In this document: piece after piece, positions 56,662-64,000 of the stretch
Layout of the letters: every line of letters begins with the position of its first letter
How positions within the stretch are numbered: position 1 is the first letter of the stretch
Virus record (IMG/VR): IMGVR_UViG_3300013744_000001
Coordinates: 1-64,000 of that record
Strand: one strand, 5' to 3'
Length of the DNA: 64,000 nt
Source: a virus
Program-made: the position numbers and the translations under genes
Notes under the pieces: model-generated
What the model was told of the DNA's origin: nothing
The model's database searches: none
Seen by the model: the letters and a program-made list of their open reading frames with translations, nothing else

Positions 56662-57150
56662 TTATAATTTCTGTTCAAAATACATCTCAGCCTCAGGCGA
56701 CAATCTGAACACCAACCGCAACTTGGCCATAAACTCGGCTGCGAATTCATAGCCTTTCCAGAGGAAAGCAAGCATAACCAGAGCATCCATCTTGCAGAAC
56801 ATCAGATGTTGAATCGCCTTGAACGCATCTTTGTCATTCTCCTTATCGGCAACGATGAACATCTTCCTGAGTGCAGCGATGCGAATCTTGTCGAAGATAA
56901 CAAAGGCCCGCAGTACCGAGTAATGTTTGAGGAAGAACTCATTCGTTGTCAGAGCACTATCATATTCATAGGCCAATTGTAACGCATGGGGCGAAAGACC
57001 CGATATCTCCGACTGTCTGCCCATAATGGCCTGTTCCGTTACCTCAGTGACAGCCTGAGCCGAGACAATGTACATGGCAATATCCAGAACATCCTTCTCG
57101 TTAAACGTATCCTGAATGAGGGTCATTACTTCCTTGCCGAATCCATCCAT
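56662..57150 (-). CDS. hypothetical protein
   Basis: ATG at 57150 follows cAGGAGAatgca. 163-aa ORF. Confidence 0.4.
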   Translation of the reverse strand: MDGFGKEVMTLIQDTFNEKDVLDIAMYIVSAQAVTEVTEQAIMGRQSEISGLSPHALQLAYEYDSALTTNEFFLKHYSVLRAFVIFDKIRIAALRKMFIVADKENDKDAFKAIQHLMFCKMDALVMLAFLWKGYEFAAEFMAKLRLVFRLSPEAEMYFEQKL

Positions 57151-57166
57151 TGCATTCTCCTGTTGT

Positions 57167-58933
57167 TTATTCAACTTCCTCACCCTCGCCCCGAACAGCC
57201 GAGGACGAGGAATAACTAAGCTCCTGCGCACTGGTGGCAACCTTTATCTCGTGCACAATACCCGAGCCCCTCAGATATGCATAACAGCTCTGGTACGATA
57301 CATTGGTAAAAGACAGACCGAAGCCTCGTGAGCTGACGACTTCCATATTGTCGGAGTGTTCTATCTCCCGACCAAACTCATGTATGTGGAAGGAAAGGAT
57401 GAGCGAAGGTGCAGACCTCTCATCCCATTCTATCCGCATATGTGTAAAATGATTCTTCCCCTCGCTGTCCAGATAGAACTTCACCGACCACGGACAAGTC
57501 CTGCACTGCTCGCAGACCACTGGACGCACATGATCGAAGGGGTCGAAGGGGCTGCACACCAGACGCCTGTAATCCCAGCGATAAACCCTGTTGTCCTGTG
57601 CGTAGACAATGTGCCCGTCCTGATCCAGCGCAAAGGCTGTGGGTCGAATGTAGGTGATGGGCATGATATGCGTTTCCTGAATAGTGTCCGTTCCATCATC
57701 ACCGAACTCCAACATGAGCGAGCAGGCCAGCTCATCGGAAGTGAAGATGTAACCGAACTCGTAACAGGTACCGCGCACAGTCTTTGAATTGATATTCATC
57801 CATTGCTCCGAGCTGAGCAATGGCTTGAGCGCAAAGTCGATGCTCCTGCTGACACCTGCCGACGTTCTGGTGACCCTCCATGTGTAGAGACCGTAGGTCG
57901 AAGCAAAGACAATGGTATCACCCCAAACAGAGAGCGAAGCTCTGGATGCCAACGGGAGTCGTCTCTCGACTACTATTCGCTCGGCAACCAATTCATTCTC
58001 CCTGATCGTGTAGGATATGACCACCGGCCTGTTATCGGTGAACACAAAAATCTGGTCGTGCACAGCAACGATGGCCAGAATATTGTCCTCGATGCTTACG
58101 ACATTCTCCCACGTAAACTGCGGTTTGCCGTTCTCGCTGATATACACCTCATGGTCTGTGGCTACCGCAAGTCCATGTTCCGTTCTGGCCACATCGACAA
58201 GACCCCACGGTGCGGGGAAAGCCATGGGACTGTATGTAAGTAGCGGCCCACCTGTGCCGCTGCTAGGCGCATTATCCCTGTAAATTCTGGCCTTGCCGCC
58301 CGAGAACTCGGCTACAAAGACAAACTCGGTGTCATTCGCAGACGCTGCCTCGGGATCCGCATAGTTGGTCTCTGTCCGATAAAGTCTGGTGGCGACAATG
58401 GCATAACCGGGAGGTGCAGCGGCCCAGCTCACCGTAGCGTTGGGTACAGCACCGGTCGCAGCCACGGGGGAAGAAGGTGGTGAAGGCGCGCTCTCCACCT
58501 CGATACCTGCATGCCTTGTCACGTAGGTTATGACGTAGCTCACCGCCTGAGCGTCGCAGCCCGAGCACCCAGCCTTTGCCTTGGGTGCCTCAGGACAGAA
58601 AGGTGCACCTGCCAGCCACGACTCCCCGCGACAAAGCTCCGACGATGTGGCCTGATGCAACCTGCCACCGGCGATGAAGAAGTACTGATCGGAGCAAAAA
58701 CCCTTGACCACTGTGGTATGTGTCGTGAAACCAAGGCAAGGACAGTTGGGTAAAGGAAACAGCGAACGATAAGCCGGCACACCCTCGCAGAGACTTTCCG
58801 GACAGGCGAAAGGACGAATGTCACCGTGGTGCAGATTGGCGTCCTGAATACTGAATATGCCCCGACCCCGCATGTAGCGGTTGCGCCATGGTGTGATGTT
58901 GGCAATGTTTCTGAAAATAACGTTCGTTGCCAT
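57167..58933 (-). CDS. hypothetical virion protein (Cys-rich N-terminus)
   Basis: ATG at 58933 lies 2 nt after the upstream stop. 588 aa with no recognisable motif. Confidence 0.45.
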   Translation of the reverse strand: MATNVIFRNIANITPWRNRYMRGRGIFSIQDANLHHGDIRPFACPESLCEGVPAYRSLFPLPNCPCLGFTTHTTVVKGFCSDQYFFIAGGRLHQATSSELCRGESWLAGAPFCPEAPKAKAGCSGCDAQAVSYVITYVTRHAGIEVESAPSPPSSPVAATGAVPNATVSWAAAPPGYAIVATRLYRTETNYADPEAASANDTEFVFVAEFSGGKARIYRDNAPSSGTGGPLLTYSPMAFPAPWGLVDVARTEHGLAVATDHEVYISENGKPQFTWENVVSIEDNILAIVAVHDQIFVFTDNRPVVISYTIRENELVAERIVVERRLPLASRASLSVWGDTIVFASTYGLYTWRVTRTSAGVSRSIDFALKPLLSSEQWMNINSKTVRGTCYEFGYIFTSDELACSLMLEFGDDGTDTIQETHIMPITYIRPTAFALDQDGHIVYAQDNRVYRWDYRRLVCSPFDPFDHVRPVVCEQCRTCPWSVKFYLDSEGKNHFTHMRIEWDERSAPSLILSFHIHEFGREIEHSDNMEVVSSRGFGLSFTNVSYQSCYAYLRGSGIVHEIKVATSAQELSYSSSSAVRGEGEEVE

Positions 58934-58935
58934 GT

Positions 58936-59431
58936 TCAACACACAATGTCCGAAGGCGGAATGGACTTCAGCTCGCAGTTATCATCGACAGTCAGTATCC
59001 TGTCACCTGCGACCAGATGTCCCTTGGGAATACCGTTCTTGTAACCGTACAGCTCACAGAGATTGACTGCCTTCTTGATCAGATCGCCCAGCTTGACCCA
59101 GCCTTTGAGACAACCCTTATCGTCCAGCACGGCCAGTCTGGTGTCCGCTGTAAGTGTCAGCTCTTCGTCCTTGCAGCCCGTGTCCGCCGGAGCATCGTCA
59201 CAGTCGAACACTATGCAGATGCCGGGTGGAAAGACGACCAGCGCATCGAAGCTGACGATAATTTCGTCACCCAGCGCAATGGACTTGCCAAACGAGTCCT
59301 GCCCGTTGTATGTCACACGGACTTTGCAGATCTGTCCGTCGTAAAACTGGGCACGAACAGCAGCAAAGTTATTGGTATTCTTCGGACTGAATACAAAACT
59401 CTGACCGACAAGCGGTGTAAGGACTTCCAGA
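58936..59431 (-). CDS. hypothetical protein
   Basis: ATG at 59431 follows GGAGGGAccttta. Confidence 0.4.
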
Positions 59432-59435
59432 TCTA

Positions 59436-59978
59436 TCATGGTAAAGGTCCCTCCGGGATGTTGAGATCGGGAGCGTACTCTTTCCTGACGCTGGCCTTCT
59501 TCAGTATAAGCTTTGTTCTGCAAACACCTGTCTGACAGGATACAACCTTGTCCGGATCGCACTCGTCCGTAACACAAGGCGGCTCGACGAAGGTACTGGT
59601 GTCGATGCACTGCTCGGACACCGCCTCTCCGCTGGCAATCCATGTGCCCGGCGCTTTGATGATTTCAATCTTGTCGACCAGGCAATCTTTCCAGTAGAGT
59701 GCTCCGATATAAAAACCTCTGGGAAACTTCTTGGGATCCGTCATGAACTCCCCGTCGAGGAGGAAGAAGTAAGTATCTCCCTCATTGCCGTAAGGTTTGA
59801 AAACGACGGGCTTTTCCCTGCAGGGTCCACAGTAAAGACGCTCGACCTTGAGCTCCAGCGGTATGGTTTTGGGCAGACCGGCATATCTGTTTCGTCCAAT
59901 TTCCAGCGCTATTTCGACACTTTTGGGTCCAATGTAGAAGCGTTCCCGGTAGTGTCTTGGTTCTCTGTTACATTGCAT
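59436..59978 (-). CDS. hypothetical protein
   Basis: 180-aa ORF in an operon-like series. Confidence 0.4.
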   Translation of the reverse strand: MQCNREPRHYRERFYIGPKSVEIALEIGRNRYAGLPKTIPLELKVERLYCGPCREKPVVFKPYGNEGDTYFFLLDGEFMTDPKKFPRGFYIGALYWKDCLVDKIEIIKAPGTWIASGEAVSEQCIDTSTFVEPPCVTDECDPDKVVSCQTGVCRTKLILKKASVRKEYAPDLNIPEGPLP

Positions 59979-60594
59979 CGGTGAGCCTCTTGTACTTTAT
60001 ACCGATCGGTCTCGAAGCGTCAGTGCCGCCTCTCGCCGCCCGATTGCGCAACTTCCTGTACTCATGCTCCTTCAATCTGAACATCTGCACGTCATACCAT
60101 GTCCTGCGCACCATGCCAAAGAGCCGCATCTCCATGCCTGCGAGAATGGCATCGTAGTAACGAGACAGGAAAGACGCCTCAAAGAGACAGTTCATATTCG
60201 TCACATCCGGCACCAATGCCACTTCGACATACAGCGCTTTATCAATATCGGTTTTCGGACAGCAACCGAGGACCAGCTCATGCTCGTCAAGAACGTAGGA
60301 AGAAGGAATGTGAGCCTTGCCAGTCTTCAGCCCCATGCTGGCATCGATGAAAAAGCCCTCAGGTGCAAAGAGTTCATACCTATCGACTTCGGCGTAGAGA
60401 TCTATGGGAATATCGATACGATAGAGATGAGTCTCTTTGGTAAAAGCGATCAGTGTATCCCTGAAGATGACAGCTATCAGGGCCTTGAACTCGGCATCTG
60501 AAAGCTGGTCATCCCGCTTTTCCTTCTCTCTTACGATGGCCGTCAGTGCGGGGAGGAAAAGTTCATAGCCCGCAAGCTTTGTCCGCCTATTCAT
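59968..60594 (-). CDS. hypothetical protein
   Basis: 208-aa ORF overlapping both neighbours by a few nt. Confidence 0.4.
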   Translation of the reverse strand: MNRRTKLAGYELFLPALTAIVREKEKRDDQLSDAEFKALIAVIFRDTLIAFTKETHLYRIDIPIDLYAEVDRYELFAPEGFFIDASMGLKTGKAHIPSSYVLDEHELVLGCCPKTDIDKALYVEVALVPDVTNMNCLFEASFLSRYYDAILAGMEMRLFGMVRRTWYDVQMFRLKEHEYRKLRNRAARGGTDASRPIGIKYKRLTDAM

Positions 60595-61277
60595 TTGTCC
60601 TCCACCTTCCTGTGCCCAAAGAGATAGTCATCCTCCCTGAGCGAGAACTCGATCATCAGCTTGGTCTGCACCAGATACTGCACGGCAGTCCAGTGATGCG
60701 CCGCCCGTTCGAGATTACTCTTACTCTCGGAGTCTGTGCGGAAAAGCCAGAACGCCGCATACTCGGCAATGATGGAAAGATACTCGGCCAGCAGATCCGT
60801 TTCGAGATCCTCGATACCGGGAGCTTTGGCACAGAGATATCTGACAATAGTACCTTTCGGCAAAGGATGATCGAAACGAATGACGCAAGCGGAATTGTCA
60901 ACGTACGACCAGGTATAATCCCTGTCTCCGGGTCCCGAGACTGTGCAGCCTATGTCGAGAGAAGCAAAGAGACTGTTGGTATTGGCCTTGTTCTCAGAGA
61001 TATTCAGACAACTCCTGCCGTCGATTTCGATATCGACGATGCCAAGAAACTTCCCACACTCCTCGCAGAAGCTGATGATGCAGTCCTCTTTCTGAATGGT
61101 AAAGGTCTTCAGCTTGCCAAACTTCTCGGGTACAATTGAATAGAGAAAAGTCAGCGCAAGCGTTACAGCTTCGGTGACGTGTGCTTTGGACCAGGTAAAG
61201 AAGGTAGGTTGACGAACACCACGAGCAGATTCTTCATGGTCGTTCAGATGTCTGGCTAGAAAATCACGGATGTCCAT
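60591..61277 (-). CDS. hypothetical protein
   Basis: 228-aa ORF. Confidence 0.4.
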   Translation of the reverse strand: MDIRDFLARHLNDHEESARGVRQPTFFTWSKAHVTEAVTLALTFLYSIVPEKFGKLKTFTIQKEDCIISFCEECGKFLGIVDIEIDGRSCLNISENKANTNSLFASLDIGCTVSGPGDRDYTWSYVDNSACVIRFDHPLPKGTIVRYLCAKAPGIEDLETDLLAEYLSIIAEYAAFWLFRTDSESKSNLERAAHHWTAVQYLVQTKLMIEFSLREDDYLFGHRKVEDK

Positions 61278-61347
61278 AACGCATCCTCACACTTTTGAAG
61301 GTTTGGAGGAAGGATACAGACAAATGTGCGATATGTCAATGACAAAG

Positions 61348-61384
61348 GTGAAACAAGGGCGACAGCATATTGCTCTTGTTTCAC
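61348..61384 (-). terminator. hairpin downstream of the KilA-N gene
   Basis: gtgaaacaag / cttgtttcac 10-bp stem with a 17-nt loop. Confidence 0.4.
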
Positions 61385-61390
61385 GATCAT

Positions 61391-62116
61391 TCATTTTTGT
61401 TCTACCTGCCGTGCACCGGCACGAACAAGGGCTTCATACATGCTGGTAATCAATTCCTTTCGCTGTTGATAAGGTACTCGCGCACCAACGAGTACCAAAT
61501 CATGCTCTTCAATTTTAGCCAAAATATCCAACGTTTCTTTGTCCAAACCATGTCTGTCCTGCTTGTCACAACCAAACATGATTTGGTTTATCATACGCGC
61601 CTCATTTGAATAATCATAAAACTTGGGCTCTTTGCCGTCTGCTTCCTTTGCAAACTTAATTGTATCACACAGCACTTTGTACGAACTCGCCGCCTGATGC
61701 CGAAGTCGCCACCACTCCTGTCGAGGATGTTTGTTACGCAAAATTTTCTCAATCTGAATGTCGCACCATATGCCAAATCTTGGCGAACACCATCGCGCAA
61801 ACAGAACAGCAAGCCGAGGATGAAGCCACGTTCCACCATGCTTTCCGCGTTTTGTTTTTATAAAAAATTTCGACGTAATTTCGGGCACTTGTAAATACCC
61901 GGAATTCCGGGTATTTACAAGTTGTTGATTTTCCGATGTTATTTTACATAGTTCTGCAATATACTCCCGTGTATCTTCGTTAGCCAACCAATGATCTACA
62001 CGCTTGCCAAAATGAACACCCACCTCAGTAGCATTGAACCAGCCTTCGTCCCCGAAAGAGATCTCAATGCCCTCGTACTCAGAAATCATAAGTTCTTCCA
62101 TACCGTCCTCCATCAC
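61391..62116 (-). CDS. KilA-N domain protein
   Basis: GWFNATEVGVHFGK ... GTWLHPRLAVLFARWCSPRFGIW matches the KilA-N core. Confidence 0.65.
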   Translation of the reverse strand: MMEDGMEELMISEYEGIEISFGDEGWFNATEVGVHFGKRVDHWLANEDTREYIAELCKITSENQQLVNTRNSGYLQVPEITSKFFIKTKRGKHGGTWLHPRLAVLFARWCSPRFGIWCDIQIEKILRNKHPRQEWWRLRHQAASSYKVLCDTIKFAKEADGKEPKFYDYSNEARMINQIMFGCDKQDRHGLDKETLDILAKIEEHDLVLVGARVPYQQRKELITSMYEALVRAGARQVEQK

Positions 62117-62134
62117 AAAAAATCAAAGCAACAA

Positions 62135-62893
62135 TTACTTCAACATAGATATAATACTTTCCTTCCAGCGCAACTGTTGAACCATCGAACCGTCGTGATG
62201 TGCCTTGCCTGTATCCAGAATAACAGCGTAGGCTCTGCCCTTCTCGGTCGGTCGCCATTCGTTACGCTCATTCTTGAACTGAAAACCCTCTTCGGCTAAT
62301 AGAAGATTGGCGTGCCTGGCGGCCTTTCGTCCAATACCCATGTGTAACCGTTCGCCGATCTCTGTCGCCAGTAGATAGTTGCTGTTGTCCTCGGCAATCA
62401 GCTTTACATCCAGCTCCGCCTGAAAGTCGATGCCGGTTCGTTTCCTTGTGGTAACATTGGCAGAAATCAAAGCCCTATTTCCGCTCAATCCAAACGCCTC
62501 AGCAACTCGCTTCAGCGCTAAAAACTCCCGTTCCGCAAACTCAATGGGAATAGGCTGAGATATCGAAGGCGACTCATATTTCCCAGTTTTGCGAATAGCT
62601 GGGAGCACCTCAGACGTTACCCATTCAATAAACGGTTCTGCCTGCGGCTTGTCCGACCTGAGCACAAGTCGATATAACCCAGACTCAGAAATAACGGAAA
62701 TTCGCTGCTTTCCACCAAGGGTGTCAGTCAGGCTGACACCCTTGTGGTGATCGGGTATTCTTGCAAGGGCTTGGCCAACATTGTCCAAGCCCAAAATGTC
62801 ACAGATGTCCTTGGCGACGAACCAAGGCTCTCCGTCTTTGATCACAGTACGAACCTGACTTTGGTTAAAATTGAATACTGTTACTTCGTTCAT
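62135..62893 (-). CDS. Bro-N domain antirepressor-like protein
   Basis: MNEVTVFNFNQSQVRTVIKDGEPWFVAKDICDILGL. RBS cAAGGAGGaatc. The 5' leader matches the 63214 gene. Confidence 0.7.
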   Translation of the reverse strand: MNEVTVFNFNQSQVRTVIKDGEPWFVAKDICDILGLDNVGQALARIPDHHKGVSLTDTLGGKQRISVISESGLYRLVLRSDKPQAEPFIEWVTSEVLPAIRKTGKYESPSISQPIPIEFAEREFLALKRVAEAFGLSGNRALISANVTTRKRTGIDFQAELDVKLIAEDNSNYLLATEIGERLHMGIGRKAARHANLLLAEEGFQFKNERNEWRPTEKGRAYAVILDTGKAHHDGSMVQQLRWKESIISMLK

Positions 62894-62920
62894 GATTCCT
62901 CCTTGTAGAGTGATAAAAAA

Positions 62921-63214
62921 TCAAGTGACAATTACTTCAACACATTCCTGGGCCGCAGGCAATTGTGAACCCACAATCAATCGATACAAATCAGGTTCTG
63001 TCAGAAAACGAGCCTCTTGCGTACGCCCAAGGCTATCGACGATGGGGTAGCGTTTTGCTACCCCACGGCAACGTTTGGACATAGCATCGGACGCGTTGAC
63101 ATAGCCCAGAATCTCACAGACATCCTTACCGCAGAATAGTGGATTTCCGTCAGCGTCAATGATGGTGCGAACTTCGTGCCGGTCCTGAAAATTAAATACT
63201 GTTACTTCGTTCAT
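62921..63214 (-). CDS. Bro-N domain only (short or truncated paralog)
   Basis: ATG at 63214 has the same leader and RBS as 62893. MNEVTVFNFQDRHEVRTIIDADGNPLFCGKDVCEILGY stops after QLPAAQ, where the 36693 paralog continues. Confidence 0.45.
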   Translation of the reverse strand: MNEVTVFNFQDRHEVRTIIDADGNPLFCGKDVCEILGYVNASDAMSKRCRGVAKRYPIVDSLGRTQEARFLTEPDLYRLIVGSQLPAAQECVEVIVT

Positions 63215-63355
63215 GATTCCTCCTTGTAGAGTAGATTTGATGGGATGACTGTCGGAATTTAGCACACTCGATGTCCGACGTCAAGGTTCCGTCGGTAATA
63301 GCGACGGAACCACCGTACCCATGATTCCTCTCTGACCATAAAAATCAAGCGACAA

Positions 63356-64000
63356 TTACTTCAATACATCAAGAACAGTTTCCTTCCACTTCAACTGCTG
63401 AATCATGACACCGGAGCTGTGACGTTTGCCTGTATCCAAAAGCACCGCATGAACCTTGCCCTTCTCTGTCGGCAACCATTGCCCGCCGGACTTGACCTGA
63501 TAACCTCCGATCTCAAGCAGCTTGTTTACCTCCCTCGGTCCGGAGAGATGCAGCATCTCAGCAATCTGAGTGGGTGAAAAGAAATATTTCTGGTCGGGGT
63601 TCTTCAACTCGATCTGCAAGGTCTGAAGCAACGAGATACCATGCTCCCTGCGAATGGCATTGTCGGCAGAGACGATGGCCGCATTCCCTTCCAACCCGCA
63701 GAGCTCGGCCACAGCCTTCAACGCCGCAAACTCGCGGGCCGCCACCTCTTTGTTCAAAAGCTCAGACCGTGGCAGGACATACGCACCGGTTTTACGAATA
63801 GTTGGGAGTACTTCCGATGTTACCCACTTGCGAAATGCCTGAGCCTCGGGCTTCCGGGATTTGAAAACAAGTGCATAAAGCCCAGACTCAGAAATGACGG
63901 ACATTCGCTGACTTCCGCCAAGGGTACGTATACTGTACGTACCCTTTTCATCGTCACCTAACGACTGAACTGTCTGACTCACATCTGTCAGCTCCAGAAT
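63356..64000 (-). CDS. Bro-N family gene, 5' end beyond the window
   Basis: The frame stays open to position 64000. Upstream in-frame codons read ILELTDVSQTVQSLGDDEKGTY, matching Bro-N ILELTNPTVAIESLDDDERSKY. The ORF-track start at 63982 is an artefact. Confidence 0.55.
   Translation of the reverse strand: MLELTDVSQTVQSLGDDEKGTYSIRTLGGSQRMSVISESGLYALVFKSRKPEAQAFRKWVTSEVLPTIRKTGAYVLPRSELLNKEVAAREFAALKAVAELCGLEGNAAIVSADNAIRREHGISLLQTLQIELKNPDQKYFFSPTQIAEMLHLSGPREVNKLLEIGGYQVKSGGQWLPTEKGKVHAVLLDTGKRHSSGVMIQQLKWKETVLDVLK

Noticed and set aside
1-64000. tRNA, rRNA or integrase/attachment-site signals
   Set aside because: No cloverleaf-like conserved tRNA sequences (GTTC...TTCGAATC-type arms) were seen in intergenic gaps, and no tyrosine or serine recombinase motifs in any ORF. 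Lifestyle (virulent versus temperate) is undetermined from this window.

Overview
This window reads as a dsDNA bacteriophage genome segment, either a free phage or a prophage interior. It has two opposed gene blocks that converge on a hairpin terminator at 32615..32645.

The plus-strand block (1..32607) carries, in order: an early region of small unknown genes behind a consensus sigma70 promoter; a replication module with an AEP primase-polymerase with PriCT domain, a Cas4/RecB-like PD-(D/E)XK nuclease, an SSB-like protein, a family-B DNA polymerase, ThyX, a VRR-NUC nuclease and an SNF2-like helicase; a packaging module with a putative small terminase, a CsrA-like gene, the large terminase and a putative portal; and accessory genes for a lipoprotein, a Bro-N antirepressor, a Dcm C5-methyltransferase and a GT4 glycosyltransferase.

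The minus-strand block (32912..64000) carries a tail fibre, an M15 endolysin with small membrane proteins, Bro-N/KilA-N cassette clusters, a 4382-aa giant ORF with repeated HExxH zincin-like motifs, an SLT-domain ejection/internal protein with a (PAQ)10 repeat, lipoproteins and unassigned virion proteins.

Strong Shine-Dalgarno sites are present throughout. No tRNA, rRNA or CRISPR was seen.

The most unusual content is the giant ORF, which resembles a polyvalent protein, and the Bro/KilA-N paralog arrays, whose hairpins and palindromes are embedded in coding sequence and coincide with truncation points. The CsrA-like gene inside the terminase module, a compact M42-like peptidase and a three-copy TGTGAC-N-GTCACA operator motif are also notable.

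All calls come from reading motifs in the translations. No database searches or computations were run.
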